Made by a program: the position numbers and the translations under genes. 64,000 nucleotides of DNA from Gallionellales bacterium GWA2_60_142. Its GTDB lineage: Bacteria; Pseudomonadota; Gammaproteobacteria; Burkholderiales; Gallionellaceae. Of this stretch, positions 1 to 8,965 are shown piece by piece. Location of the stretch: the NCBI GenBank assembly GCA_001801085.1, contig MGWR01000041.1, positions 25,901 through 89,900 of the forward strand, written 5' to 3'. The stretch's first letter is position 1; each line of letters starts with the position of its first letter. The notes under the pieces are model-generated. The model did not search any database. It worked only from the letters and a program-made list of their open reading frames with translations, and was not told the DNA's origin.

Positions 1-939
1 GTCCTGACGCTGGATGTGGAAATGCCCAAGATGGATGGGCTCGACTTCCTGGAACGTCTGATGCGCTTGCGACCGATGCCGGTGGTGATGGTGTCGACAT
101 TGACCGAGCGCGGTTCGGATATCACGTTTCGCGCGCTCGAACTGGGCGCGGTGGATTTCGTCTCCAAGCCGAAGATGGATATCGCGCGCGGCATGGAAGA
201 GTATGCCGCCGAGATCACCGACAAAATCCGTGCGGCCGCGCAGTCGCGCGTGCATGCGAGAAAGCCCGCAGTGCCGACGATGGTGGTGCAGGAAAAACTG
301 TCCGCCGATGCGATCCTGCCTTCCAGCGTGCCGGGACGTTTCGCTTCCACCGAAAAATTGATCATCATCGGCGCATCGACCGGCGGCACCGAGGCGATCA
401 AGGAGGTGCTGACACGATTGCCTGCCGATGTGCCCGGCATACTGGTGACCCAGCATATGCCGGAGAATTTCACCAAGTCGTTCGCGGACCGGTTGAACAG
501 CCTGTGCAAGATCTCGGTCAAGGAGGCGGAGCACAACGAGCGCATCCTGCCGGGCCATGCCTACATCGCGCCCGGCCATTCCCACCTGCTGCTCAAGCGC
601 AGCGGGGCGAACTACATGACAGAGCTGAACCAGGGGCCGCCGGTGAATCGCCATCGCCCGTCGGTGGATGTGCTGTTCCGTTCCGCGGCGAATGTCGCCG
701 GCGCGAACGCGATGGGCATCATCCTCACCGGCATGGGCAAGGACGGCGCGCAGGGCATGCTGGAAATGAAGCATGCCGGTTCTTTCACGATCGCGCAGGA
801 CGAGGCGAGCTGCGTTGTGTTCGGCATGCCGCGCGAGGCGATCGCGCTGGGCGGCGCGGCCGAGGTGCTGCCGCTGCAGAACATCGCGCGCCGCACGCTG
901 GAATATCTGGCCAGCATCGGCAGGGGTAACCGGGTCTAG
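1..939 (+). CDS. cheB: Chemotaxis response regulator protein-glutamate methylesterase (5' truncated by window edge)
   Basis: Frame is open from base 1 (VLTLDVEMP, receiver Asp); esterase motifs [31 protein letters not shown]. Confidence 0.97.
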   Translation, partial: VLTLDVEMPKMDGLDFLERLMRLRPMPVVMVSTLTERGSDITFRALELGAVDFVSKPKMDIARGMEEYAAEITDKIRAAAQSRVHARKPAVPTMVVQEKLSADAILPSSVPGRFASTEKLIIIGASTGGTEAIKEVLTRLPADVPGILVTQHMPENFTKSFADRLNSLCKISVKEAEHNERILPGHAYIAPGHSHLLLKRSGANYMTELNQGPPVNRHRPSVDVLFRSAANVAGANAMGIILTGMGKDGAQGMLEMKHAGSFTIAQDEASCVVFGMPREAIALGGAAEVLPLQNIARRTLEYLASIGRGNRV

Positions 940-996
940 CATGCGGACAAGAGCCCCTTCCATGTTGTGCCGTGCGATCCGCCGCGGGAGTCGGGC

Positions 997-3099
997 ATGA
1001 AGAATTGGTGGCGAGATCTTTCGCTCGGCAAAAAACTGCATCTCTCGATCCAGTTGTCTTTGTTGCTCGTGCTGCCGCTTGCGCAGATGTGGGTGATGGA
1101 CCGGTTCGAGGAGAAGATGATCGAGGATGTCCGGCTGCATGCCGAGGATAGCGCGACACAGTCCTTCCTTAGCCTGAATGCGATGATGCTGAGCGGCACG
1201 ATCTCCAATCCGGAACTGCGCGCAGAGTTCCTCAGCAAGATGGCGAAGCGGCAGGGTGTGACGGATTTTCATCTGGAGCGACCTTCCTCCGTGCGCGAAC
1301 AGTTCGGCAGCGATCGTGGGATCGCGGGGCGCGGCAACGCGCTGGATCGTGCGGCGATGACCGCCGGTGTGCCGCAGTTCGAAATTGTCCGTTCCGGCAA
1401 ACATATCTTGCATGTGGCAGTGCCTTTTGCCGCGTCGAAGGATTTGTACGGAACGAATTGTCTGCAATGTCATCTTGTGCCGGAAGGAACGGTGCTGGGA
1501 ACGGTCAGTATGGCCGTCGATCTCGCCCCCGAATATGTCAAGCTGAACCGGCTCGGCCTGGTCTTGATCGGCGGCCAGATATCGTTGCAGCTGCTGCTGT
1601 TCCTGCTGATCGGCTGGATCATCAGGCGGGTCACGGGATCGGTGATCGAGTTGGAGCAGACCATGCTGGAAGTGCGCGAAACCGGGAATTTTTCCAGGCG
1701 CGCCAAGGTGCGGGGGAAAGATGAGCTTGGATATATCGCCCAGGCATTCAACGGTTTCATCGCGCAGATCGAGGAGCTATACCGGCAGCTGGCTTCGAAG
1801 ATACAAGCGCTGGAAAAGTATCACGATCGCACCGAAGAGGAGTTGCGCATCGGTAGCGATATCATGGGCCGCATCACGGCGGCTTACGGCACCGTCGATT
1901 CCGGTGTGCGCACTATCATCAGTCCGGCCACCCATTACAGCGGAGATATGATCCTGACGGCGCGCACACCGGACGGACATCTGCATGTCCTGCTGGCCGA
2001 TGCGGTAGGGCATGGGCTCATCGCCGCGATGAACCTGCTGCCGCTGAGCCAGGTGTTCAATGCGATGTCGAAAAAAGGCTTTGCGGTGTCGCGTATCGCC
2101 GAGGAATTGAATGCCAAAATATTCCGCCTGATGCCTGCGGATCGTTTTGTCGGCGCGGTGCTGGTCTCGGTGGATTTCCGCAACCGCGTGATCGAAGTGT
2201 GGAACGGCGGGATCCCGGCCCCCATTCTGGTCGGGAGTGCTGGAGAAGTATTGCACCAATGGCGCTCGCGCAATCTGCCGCTGGGCATACTCGGCGAAGA
2301 GGATTTCTCTTCCGAGACCGAGACGTTTCATTACGAACAGGAAGGCCAGTTGTTCCTGTTCTCCGACGGATTGCCGGAAGCCGAGTCGCCCGACGGCGAG
2401 CAGTTCGGCAGAGAGCGCATCGAGGAGGCGTTGATGAGCAGCGCGGCGGAATACCGGTTCGATGTCCTGGCGCGTTCGTTGAGGCAGCATCTGCAGGGAA
2501 GTCCGGCACATGACGATATATCGCTGGCGTTGGTGAGCCTGTCTCTGCAGGAAGAGACGGAAGGGCTTGCGTGCCACTTGAGTCATTCGGGCGTCGTCGA
2601 AACGGGAAGCCGGTGGAGGCTGATGTTCCGTCTGGGCGAGGATGAGCTGAAATATCTCGATGCCGTGCCGCTACTGACCGAGATGGTCGGCAAGATCCGT
2701 GCGGCGACCGAACATCATGCGGCGCTGTATGTGATCCTGTCGGAGTTGTTCAACAACGCGCTCGATCATGGCGTGCTGAAACTCGACTCGGGCCTCAAGC
2801 ACGGGGCGGAGGGCTTCGAGCGCTATCTGCACATGCGCGAGGAGCGCTTGAATTCCCTGGTTCGCGCATCGATCGAAATCGAGATCGAGAAAGTGATGAT
2901 CGAGGGCAGGTATGGCGTGAAGATCCGAGTGACGGACAGCGGCGACGGCTTCAATCACGCGGCTCTGTTCGCCGGAATCGGTGACCTGCCGGTGTTGGCG
3001 CAGTATGGTCGGGGCTTGGTGCTGGTGCGTGGGGTGGCCTATCGGCTTGAGTTTGAAGGCAAGGGGAACGAGGTCGTCGCCTATTACATCTGTTCATGA
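997..3099 (+). CDS. Membrane sensor: periplasmic c-type heme (CxxCH) domain + HAMP + SpoIIE/PP2C phosphatase + RsbW-like HATPase kinase (HsbR-like output)
   Basis: Two hydrophobic segments flank NCLQCH; HAMP (GNFSRRAKVRGKDELG); PP2C motifs SGD, ADAVGHG, FSDGLPE, HDDISL; GHKL motifs ELFNNALDHG, DSGDGF, GRGL. ATG at 997 follows GGGAG. Confidence 0.85.
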   Translation: MKNWWRDLSLGKKLHLSIQLSLLLVLPLAQMWVMDRFEEKMIEDVRLHAEDSATQSFLSLNAMMLSGTISNPELRAEFLSKMAKRQGVTDFHLERPSSVREQFGSDRGIAGRGNALDRAAMTAGVPQFEIVRSGKHILHVAVPFAASKDLYGTNCLQCHLVPEGTVLGTVSMAVDLAPEYVKLNRLGLVLIGGQISLQLLLFLLIGWIIRRVTGSVIELEQTMLEVRETGNFSRRAKVRGKDELGYIAQAFNGFIAQIEELYRQLASKIQALEKYHDRTEEELRIGSDIMGRITAAYGTVDSGVRTIISPATHYSGDMILTARTPDGHLHVLLADAVGHGLIAAMNLLPLSQVFNAMSKKGFAVSRIAEELNAKIFRLMPADRFVGAVLVSVDFRNRVIEVWNGGIPAPILVGSAGEVLHQWRSRNLPLGILGEEDFSSETETFHYEQEGQLFLFSDGLPEAESPDGEQFGRERIEEALMSSAAEYRFDVLARSLRQHLQGSPAHDDISLALVSLSLQEETEGLACHLSHSGVVETGSRWRLMFRLGEDELKYLDAVPLLTEMVGKIRAATEHHAALYVILSELFNNALDHGVLKLDSGLKHGAEGFERYLHMREERLNSLVRASIEIEIEKVMIEGRYGVKIRVTDSGDGFNHAALFAGIGDLPVLAQYGRGLVLVRGVAYRLEFEGKGNEVVAYYICS

Positions 3100-3229
3100 G
3101 CCGCCGTTGCCGGCCGATGTCCGGCAAGTGCAAACGCCGGTGTTCAGATGTGATAGATTGCGGGATTGCAGGTATCGGCTGCATGCCATGCGCAGCAGTG
3201 GCTCAACAATCAACTAACAAGGAGTGATG

Positions 3230-3544
3230 ATGGCTATCAGCGTACAGATTCGCGACAACGTCGCACGGATATCGATGTCCGGTCGTTTCGATTTCCAGGT
3301 TCACCGCGAATTCAAGGAAGCGTATACCCCCCTGATCGACAATGCGGCCGTGCGCGAGATCGAGGTCGAGATGTCCAGGGTCGATTACCTCGACAGTTCT
3401 GCGCTGGGCATGCTGATGCTGCTGAATGAACGCGCCAAGGGAGTCAGCAAATCCATCTCGCTGCTGAATACCTCCGGAGTAGTGTCGCAGGTGCTGGAAG
3501 TGGCAAACTTCAGCAGGATATTCAATATCAGAAATGCTAGTTAG
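3230..3544 (+). CDS. STAS-domain anti-sigma factor antagonist, HsbA-like
   Basis: GRFDF..HREF..AY, YLDSSALGML (phospho-Ser motif) and VANF..F closely resemble P. aeruginosa HsbA as recalled; AAGGAG RBS. Confidence 0.88.
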   Translation: MAISVQIRDNVARISMSGRFDFQVHREFKEAYTPLIDNAAVREIEVEMSRVDYLDSSALGMLMLLNERAKGVSKSISLLNTSGVVSQVLEVANFSRIFNIRNAS

Positions 3545-3606
3545 TGGTGAGTAGAAAGTAGGGAGTGGGGTTGGTTTTTTTCACTCCCCATTTTTCACTA
3601 ACTACT
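3543..3606. repeat. Heptameric-repeat imperfect hairpin
   Basis: AGTGGTG-AGTAGAA-AGTAGGG-AGTGGGG followed by complementary TTTCACT-CCCCATT-TTTCACT-AACTACT. Confidence 0.6.
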
Positions 3607-3616
3607 CCCTGTGTTT

Positions 3617-5410
3617 ATGCGTATCAATCTTCCGGCCACTCATGCCGAGCATCCCGTGCCGGAAGGCGTGGTACTGGTCTCGAAAACCGACCTCAAGGGC
3701 GTCATCACCTATTGCAATCGGGCGTTTCTCGATATCTCGGGTTACGGGGAGCGTGAACTGCTCGGTGCGTCTCACAATCTGGTTCGCCACCCGGACGTGC
3801 CGCCGGAGATATTTGCCGACCTCTGGAAGACCATCCGGGCCGGCAATCCGTGGAACGGTATCGTCAAAAATCGCTGTAAGAACGGCGATTATTACTGGGT
3901 CGAGGCCAACGTCACGCCGCTGCTGGAGCAGGGCAGGACGGTAGGCTATGTGTCGTTGCGCTACCGGGCGAGCGCCGGGCAGATCGCGGCGGCGGAGTCT
4001 GCCTATCAGGCGGTGCGCGCCGGACAGCCGGCGCAGTCCGGTAAACCCGATCAGGGGTATGTCGTGCAGTTGCAGCAGCGCCTGGCCGACAAGATCGTGG
4101 AGCTGGAAAAATATCGCGAGCACAACGAGGAGGATCAGCGCCTCGGCAGTTTCATCATGGCGCAGATGCTCAGGATGGACGACGATCTTGGGGGGAGGGT
4201 GCGCCGCTACGCGCTACGGGCGGAGCATCTCAGCGGCGATGTGCTGATCGCCGCGCAGACCCCCGCCAACGTGGTGCATGTGATGCTGGCCGATGCCGTT
4301 GGCCACGGGCTGGCGGCGGCGATCAACGTGTTGCCGGTGTGCCGCGCTTTCTACGATCTGACCGGGCAAGGTTTCTCGATCGAGCAGATTGCTGCCGACC
4401 TGAACGAACTGGTCAACCAGATCATGCCGGTGGATCGTTTCGTGTCGACGGCGTTGCTGGCTATCAATTACGACACCAAGGTAATCGAGGTGTGGAACGG
4501 CGGTGTTCCCGCATTGCGCTTGCTTGATCGCAGCGGCGGCTTGCTGCACAGCTGGCCGTCCAGATATTTGCCGCTGGGCATCCTCAATGCGGAGACGTTC
4601 GTAGCGAAGCCGGAGATGTTCCGCTACGAGGAAGACTGTCAACTTTACCTGTTTTCCGACGGTCTGGTGGAGGCCTCCTGTCCGCGAGGAGTGCCGTACA
4701 GCGACGAACGTATTGCCGATGCGCTGGCGAGGGCGCCGCACGAGCAGCGCTTCGAGGCATTGATCGCGGATTTCAAATCACATCTCGCCGGCTACGACGC
4801 GCACGACGATGTCGTGGTCGCGATGATGGACATCGTGGCGGGTGCATCCTCAGTATCCGAATCTAGGATGTCCGAATCCCGGGAGGCCGATTCCCGTCGT
4901 CCGGCGAGTCGCGGTACGACCGCGGCGGGCGACGACTGGCGCGTTGCGATCAAGCTGGGGGCAAACGAGTTGAAGTATTTCGATACGGTGCCGCTGGTAG
5001 TGCAGTTGCTGTCCAAAATGCATTCGGTGCGCGAGCACCATTCCTCGCTGTTCCTGATCCTGTCGGAGCTGTTCAATAACGCGCTCGATCATGGCGTGCT
5101 GGGGCTGGATTCCGGGATAAAGCGGGGGCTGGATGGCTTCGGGCGTTATCTGGAATTGCGCAATGAGCGGATGCAGGCGCTGGAAAGCGGCGAGATCTCG
5201 ATCGAGATCGATAGTGTCATGATCGAAGGTCGGCCTGCCGTGAAGATACATATTCTGGACAGCGGCGACGGTTTCGATTACCGGACGATGCAGGCGGCGG
5301 GCGGCGGGGCCCAGCATGGCCGGGGTATTGTGTTGACCAGAAGTCTGGTCAGCAGTCTGGAATACTTCGGCAAGGGTAACGAAGTAGTCGCTTACTACAT
5401 TTGCGCCTGA
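3617..5410 (+). CDS. Soluble Aer-type PAS sensor + SpoIIE/PP2C phosphatase + RsbW-like HATPase kinase (HsbR-like output)
   Basis: N-terminus LVSKTDLKGVITYCNRAF..HNLVRHPDVP..FADLW..W.GIVKNRCKNGDYYWVEANVTP is the Aer FAD-PAS signature; ADAVGHG, FSDGLVE, HDDV; ELFNNALDHG, DSGDGF, HGRG. Confidence 0.87.
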   Translation: MRINLPATHAEHPVPEGVVLVSKTDLKGVITYCNRAFLDISGYGERELLGASHNLVRHPDVPPEIFADLWKTIRAGNPWNGIVKNRCKNGDYYWVEANVTPLLEQGRTVGYVSLRYRASAGQIAAAESAYQAVRAGQPAQSGKPDQGYVVQLQQRLADKIVELEKYREHNEEDQRLGSFIMAQMLRMDDDLGGRVRRYALRAEHLSGDVLIAAQTPANVVHVMLADAVGHGLAAAINVLPVCRAFYDLTGQGFSIEQIAADLNELVNQIMPVDRFVSTALLAINYDTKVIEVWNGGVPALRLLDRSGGLLHSWPSRYLPLGILNAETFVAKPEMFRYEEDCQLYLFSDGLVEASCPRGVPYSDERIADALARAPHEQRFEALIADFKSHLAGYDAHDDVVVAMMDIVAGASSVSESRMSESREADSRRPASRGTTAAGDDWRVAIKLGANELKYFDTVPLVVQLLSKMHSVREHHSSLFLILSELFNNALDHGVLGLDSGIKRGLDGFGRYLELRNERMQALESGEISIEIDSVMIEGRPAVKIHILDSGDGFDYRTMQAAGGGAQHGRGIVLTRSLVSSLEYFGKGNEVVAYYICA

Positions 5411-5624
5411 ATATTCAGGCGATGAAGCGGATGCGAGACTGAGTCTGCGAATTTCTTGTTAATAATCTGTTAAGTCAATGTGTTGCGCGACTTTTTTGCG
5501 AAGTTGCCGCATCTGCTGTCGAGAGATGTAGTTCTCTCGAAAAGTCCCGTGGTTATGGGGTTGTGTTGCGACCCACAGGATCGTGCGTCTGTCAAACGGG
5601 TGTAAGAACCTTGCAAAGGTTGCT

Positions 5625-5685
5625 GAATAGACTGCAAAACCCCCCCTTATTCACAGGATTGGGCCTCCTCCTGGAGGCCGATAAT
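5625..5685 (+). promoter_or_regulatory. Putative class-2 (FlhDC-type) promoter of the flhB operon
   Basis: 28-bp box GAATAG...AAAA...CTTATTC, 27-nt spacer, then GATAAT; same geometry at flgB and fliE/fliF. Confidence 0.6.
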
Positions 5686-5708
5686 CGCCATGTCCAGTAG
5701 GAGTCGAT

Positions 5709-6857
5709 ATGGCAGAAGACAGCGACTTAGAAAAAACAGAACAACCCTCACAACGGCGAATTGACCAGGCAAGAGAAAAAGGTCAAGTCGCCCGTTCGCG
5801 TGAGCTTTCCACGTTCGCCGTTCTGTTGGTGGGTGGCGGAGTCCTGTGGTCCATGGGGTCGTACATCACCCAGCATATGGTTCAAATGCTGCATGACGGG
5901 TTTACGCTTGATCGCGAGATGGCGTTCAACAGCGCGCTGATGGTTCCCCATATGTACGGGCTTGCGGTCGATGCGCTGATCACCTTCGCTCCCTTCCTGC
6001 TTGCGGTGCTGCTCGCCGCGGCTTTTTCGCCATTGTTGCTGAATGGCTGGCTGTTCAGTTTCGAGGCGTTGCAGCCCAAGTTTTCCAAGCTGAATCCGAT
6101 GGCCGGCATCGGGCGCATGTTCTCGCGGACGGCGCTGGTGGAGCTGGTCAAGGCGGTGGCCAAGGCTGCGCTGGTGGGCGGCGTCGCGGCATGGGTGATC
6201 TGGAGCGACCGCGATGCGGTGATGGCGCTCAGTATGCAATCAGTCGGCGCAGCGATCCCGGCGACCGGTCATTTGATCGGCTCGGGTTTCATGGTCATCG
6301 TCGGTGCGATGCTCTTGATCGTGGCGATCGACGTGCCGTTCCAATTGTGGGACCACAACAAGAAGCTGATGATGACCAAGGAAGAGGCCCGCCAGGAGTA
6401 CAAAGAAACCGAGGGTGATCCGATGGTCAAGGGCCGCATCCGCCAGCTGCAGCGCGAAGCCGCGCGCAAGCGCATGATGTCCGAGATCCCGACCGCCGAT
6501 GTGGTGGTGACCAACCCGACGCACTATTCCGTGGCGCTGAAGTACAGCGAATCCGGTGCTCGCGCGCCCGTGGTTGTGGCGAAGGGCTCTCATCTGCTGG
6601 CGTTGCGCATCCGCGAGATCGCCCAGGAACATCATGTGCCGATACTCGAGGCGCCGCCGCTGGCGCGTGCGTTGCACAAGCATACCGAACTCGGTGACAC
6701 CATCCCCGAGGCGCTGTACTCGGCGGTCGCCGAAGTGCTGGCCTACGTTTACCAACTGCGCCGCTACGAAAAAGTCGGCGGCGCGCGTCCGGCGGAACCT
6801 GCGGATTTGCCGGTTCCGGTCGAGCTCGATCCTGCGGCCGGTCTGGCGGCTACGTGA
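5709..6857 (+). CDS. flhB: Flagellar export switch protein FlhB
   Basis: EKTEQPS.RR N-terminus, TM segments, EGDP, NPTH autocleavage motif. Confidence 0.97.
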   Translation: MAEDSDLEKTEQPSQRRIDQAREKGQVARSRELSTFAVLLVGGGVLWSMGSYITQHMVQMLHDGFTLDREMAFNSALMVPHMYGLAVDALITFAPFLLAVLLAAAFSPLLLNGWLFSFEALQPKFSKLNPMAGIGRMFSRTALVELVKAVAKAALVGGVAAWVIWSDRDAVMALSMQSVGAAIPATGHLIGSGFMVIVGAMLLIVAIDVPFQLWDHNKKLMMTKEEARQEYKETEGDPMVKGRIRQLQREAARKRMMSEIPTADVVVTNPTHYSVALKYSESGARAPVVVAKGSHLLALRIREIAQEHHVPILEAPPLARALHKHTELGDTIPEALYSAVAEVLAYVYQLRRYEKVGGARPAEPADLPVPVELDPAAGLAAT

Positions 6858-6868
6858 ACGGATAAATC

Positions 6869-8965
6869 ATGAACTTCACGCTGATACAGGATTTTCTGAA
6901 ACGCGCCGGCCTGATGGGTATGGTCGGCCCGGTGCTGATCGTGATGATCCTGGCGATGATGGTGCTGCCGTTGCCGCCGCTGCTGCTGGACATCCTGTTC
7001 ACGTTCAACATCGCGGTCTCCATCATGGTGCTGCTGGTCAGCATGAACACCAACAAGCCGCTGGACTTCGCGATCTTCCCGACGGTGCTGCTGATCACGA
7101 CGCTGCTGCGGTTGTCGCTGAACGTCGCATCGACCCGCATCATTCTGCTGGAAGGGCATACCGGACCGGATGCGGCGGGCAAAGTGATCGAGTCGTTTGG
7201 CCACTTTCTGGTCGGCGGCAACTACGCAGTGGGCCTGGTGGTGTTCGCGATCCTGGTGGTGATCAACTTCGTCGTGATCACCAAGGGTGCGGGCCGTATC
7301 GCCGAGGTGGGCGCGCGCTTCACGCTGGATGCGATGCCGGGCAAGCAGATGGCGATCGACGCCGACCTGAATGCGGGCCTGATTGGCGAGGATGTGGCAC
7401 GCAAGCGCCGCGAAGAGATCTCGCAGGAGGCCGATTTCTACGGTGCGATGGACGGTGCCAGCAAGTTCGTGCGCGGCGACGCGGTCGCCGGCATCATCAT
7501 CCTGTTCATCAACGTCATCGGCGGCCTGGTGGTCGGCGTGCTGCAGCACGACCTCGACATCGCGGTCGCTGCCAAGAACTACACTTTGCTGACCATCGGC
7601 GACGGTTTGGTCGCGCAAATTCCGGCGCTGGTGATCTCCACCGCCGCCGGTCTGGTCGTGAGCCGCGTCGCCAGCGATCAGAACATCGGCCAGCAGTTGG
7701 TCGGGCAATTGTTCAAGCAGCCGCAGGTGCTGATGCTGACTGCGATCATCATCAGCGCGATGGGCCTGATCCCGGGCATGCCCCACTTCGCCTTCCTGCT
7801 GCTCGGCGGCGCGATGGCATGGCTGGCTTGGCATCTGTCGCAGAGCAGCGCCAAGACCGCGGCGATCGAGGAGGAGCAGGCCGCCGCCACCTCCGCGGCG
7901 ACGCCGGTCATTCCGGAGGCGGCCGAGGCGAGCTGGGACGATGTTGCGCAGGTTGATGTGCTGGGGATGGAGGTCGGCTATCGCCTGATCTCGCTGGTGG
8001 ACAAGACTCAGGACGGCGACCTGCTGCGGCGCATCAAGGGCATCCGCAAGAAGTTCACTCAGGATATGGGTTTCCTGCCGCCGCCGGTGCACATCCGCGA
8101 CAACCTCGATCTGCGTCCGAACGCCTATCGCATCTCATTGAAGGGGGTCGAGGTGGGGGCGGGCGAGGCTTATCCGAACATGTTGCTGGCGATCAATCCG
8201 GGCAGTGTCAGCGGCGAGTTGTCCGGGATGCAGACCCGCGATCCGGCCTTCGGTCTGCCGGCGGTGTGGATAGAGCCCGCCCTGCGCGATCAGGCGCAGT
8301 TAATGGGATACACCGTGGTCGATCCGGGCACGGTGGTGGCGACGCATCTGAGCCAGTTGCTGACCGCGCGCGCCGCGGAACTGCTCGGTCGCCAGGAGGT
8401 GCAGCAGCTGCTCGACCATCTCGCCAAGATCGCACCGAAGCTGGTCGAGGATCTGGTGCCGAAGACGCTGCCGCTGGGTGCGGTGCAGAAAGTCCTGCAG
8501 AACCTTCTGGACGAGGGCATGCATATCCGGGACATGCGCACCATCGTCGAGACGCTGGCGGAGAACGCCGCGCGCACCCAGGATCCCTATCAGCTCACCG
8601 GTCTGGTGCGGGTGGCGCTGGGGCCGGCCATCGTGCAGCAGTTCTATCCTTCCTCGCAGGAGTTGCAGGTGATCGGCATGGACAAGGAGCTGGAATACAT
8701 CCTGATGCAGGCGATGCAGTCCAGCCAGAACGGTATCGGCATCGAGCCGGGGCTGGCCGACACCGTGCTGCGCGAAACGCGCGCCGCCGCCGATCAGCAG
8801 GAACAGATGGGCTTGCCCACAGTAATGCTGGTGCCGACACAGTTGCGCGACTTGCTGGCGCGTTTCCTGAAACGGGCGGTGCCGAGTATCAGGGTTATTT
8901 CGCATGATGAAGTACCGGATTTCAAGACGATCCGGGTTACCGCTATGGTAGGAGGTAGAGCATGA
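6869..8965 (+). CDS. flhA: Flagellar export gate protein FlhA
   Basis: FHIPEP motif RIAEVGARFTLDAMPGKQMAIDADLNAG, FYGAMDGASKFVRGDA. Confidence 0.98.
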   Translation: MNFTLIQDFLKRAGLMGMVGPVLIVMILAMMVLPLPPLLLDILFTFNIAVSIMVLLVSMNTNKPLDFAIFPTVLLITTLLRLSLNVASTRIILLEGHTGPDAAGKVIESFGHFLVGGNYAVGLVVFAILVVINFVVITKGAGRIAEVGARFTLDAMPGKQMAIDADLNAGLIGEDVARKRREEISQEADFYGAMDGASKFVRGDAVAGIIILFINVIGGLVVGVLQHDLDIAVAAKNYTLLTIGDGLVAQIPALVISTAAGLVVSRVASDQNIGQQLVGQLFKQPQVLMLTAIIISAMGLIPGMPHFAFLLLGGAMAWLAWHLSQSSAKTAAIEEEQAAATSAATPVIPEAAEASWDDVAQVDVLGMEVGYRLISLVDKTQDGDLLRRIKGIRKKFTQDMGFLPPPVHIRDNLDLRPNAYRISLKGVEVGAGEAYPNMLLAINPGSVSGELSGMQTRDPAFGLPAVWIEPALRDQAQLMGYTVVDPGTVVATHLSQLLTARAAELLGRQEVQQLLDHLAKIAPKLVEDLVPKTLPLGAVQKVLQNLLDEGMHIRDMRTIVETLAENAARTQDPYQLTGLVRVALGPAIVQQFYPSSQELQVIGMDKELEYILMQAMQSSQNGIGIEPGLADTVLRETRAAADQQEQMGLPTVMLVPTQLRDLLARFLKRAVPSIRVISHDEVPDFKTIRVTAMVGGRA

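Noticed and set aside
5677-5684. GCCGATAA upstream of flhB as a sigma-28 promoter
   Set aside because: There is no TAAAG-like -35 at the right spacing. It is better explained as the GATAAT -10 of the class-2 geometry.
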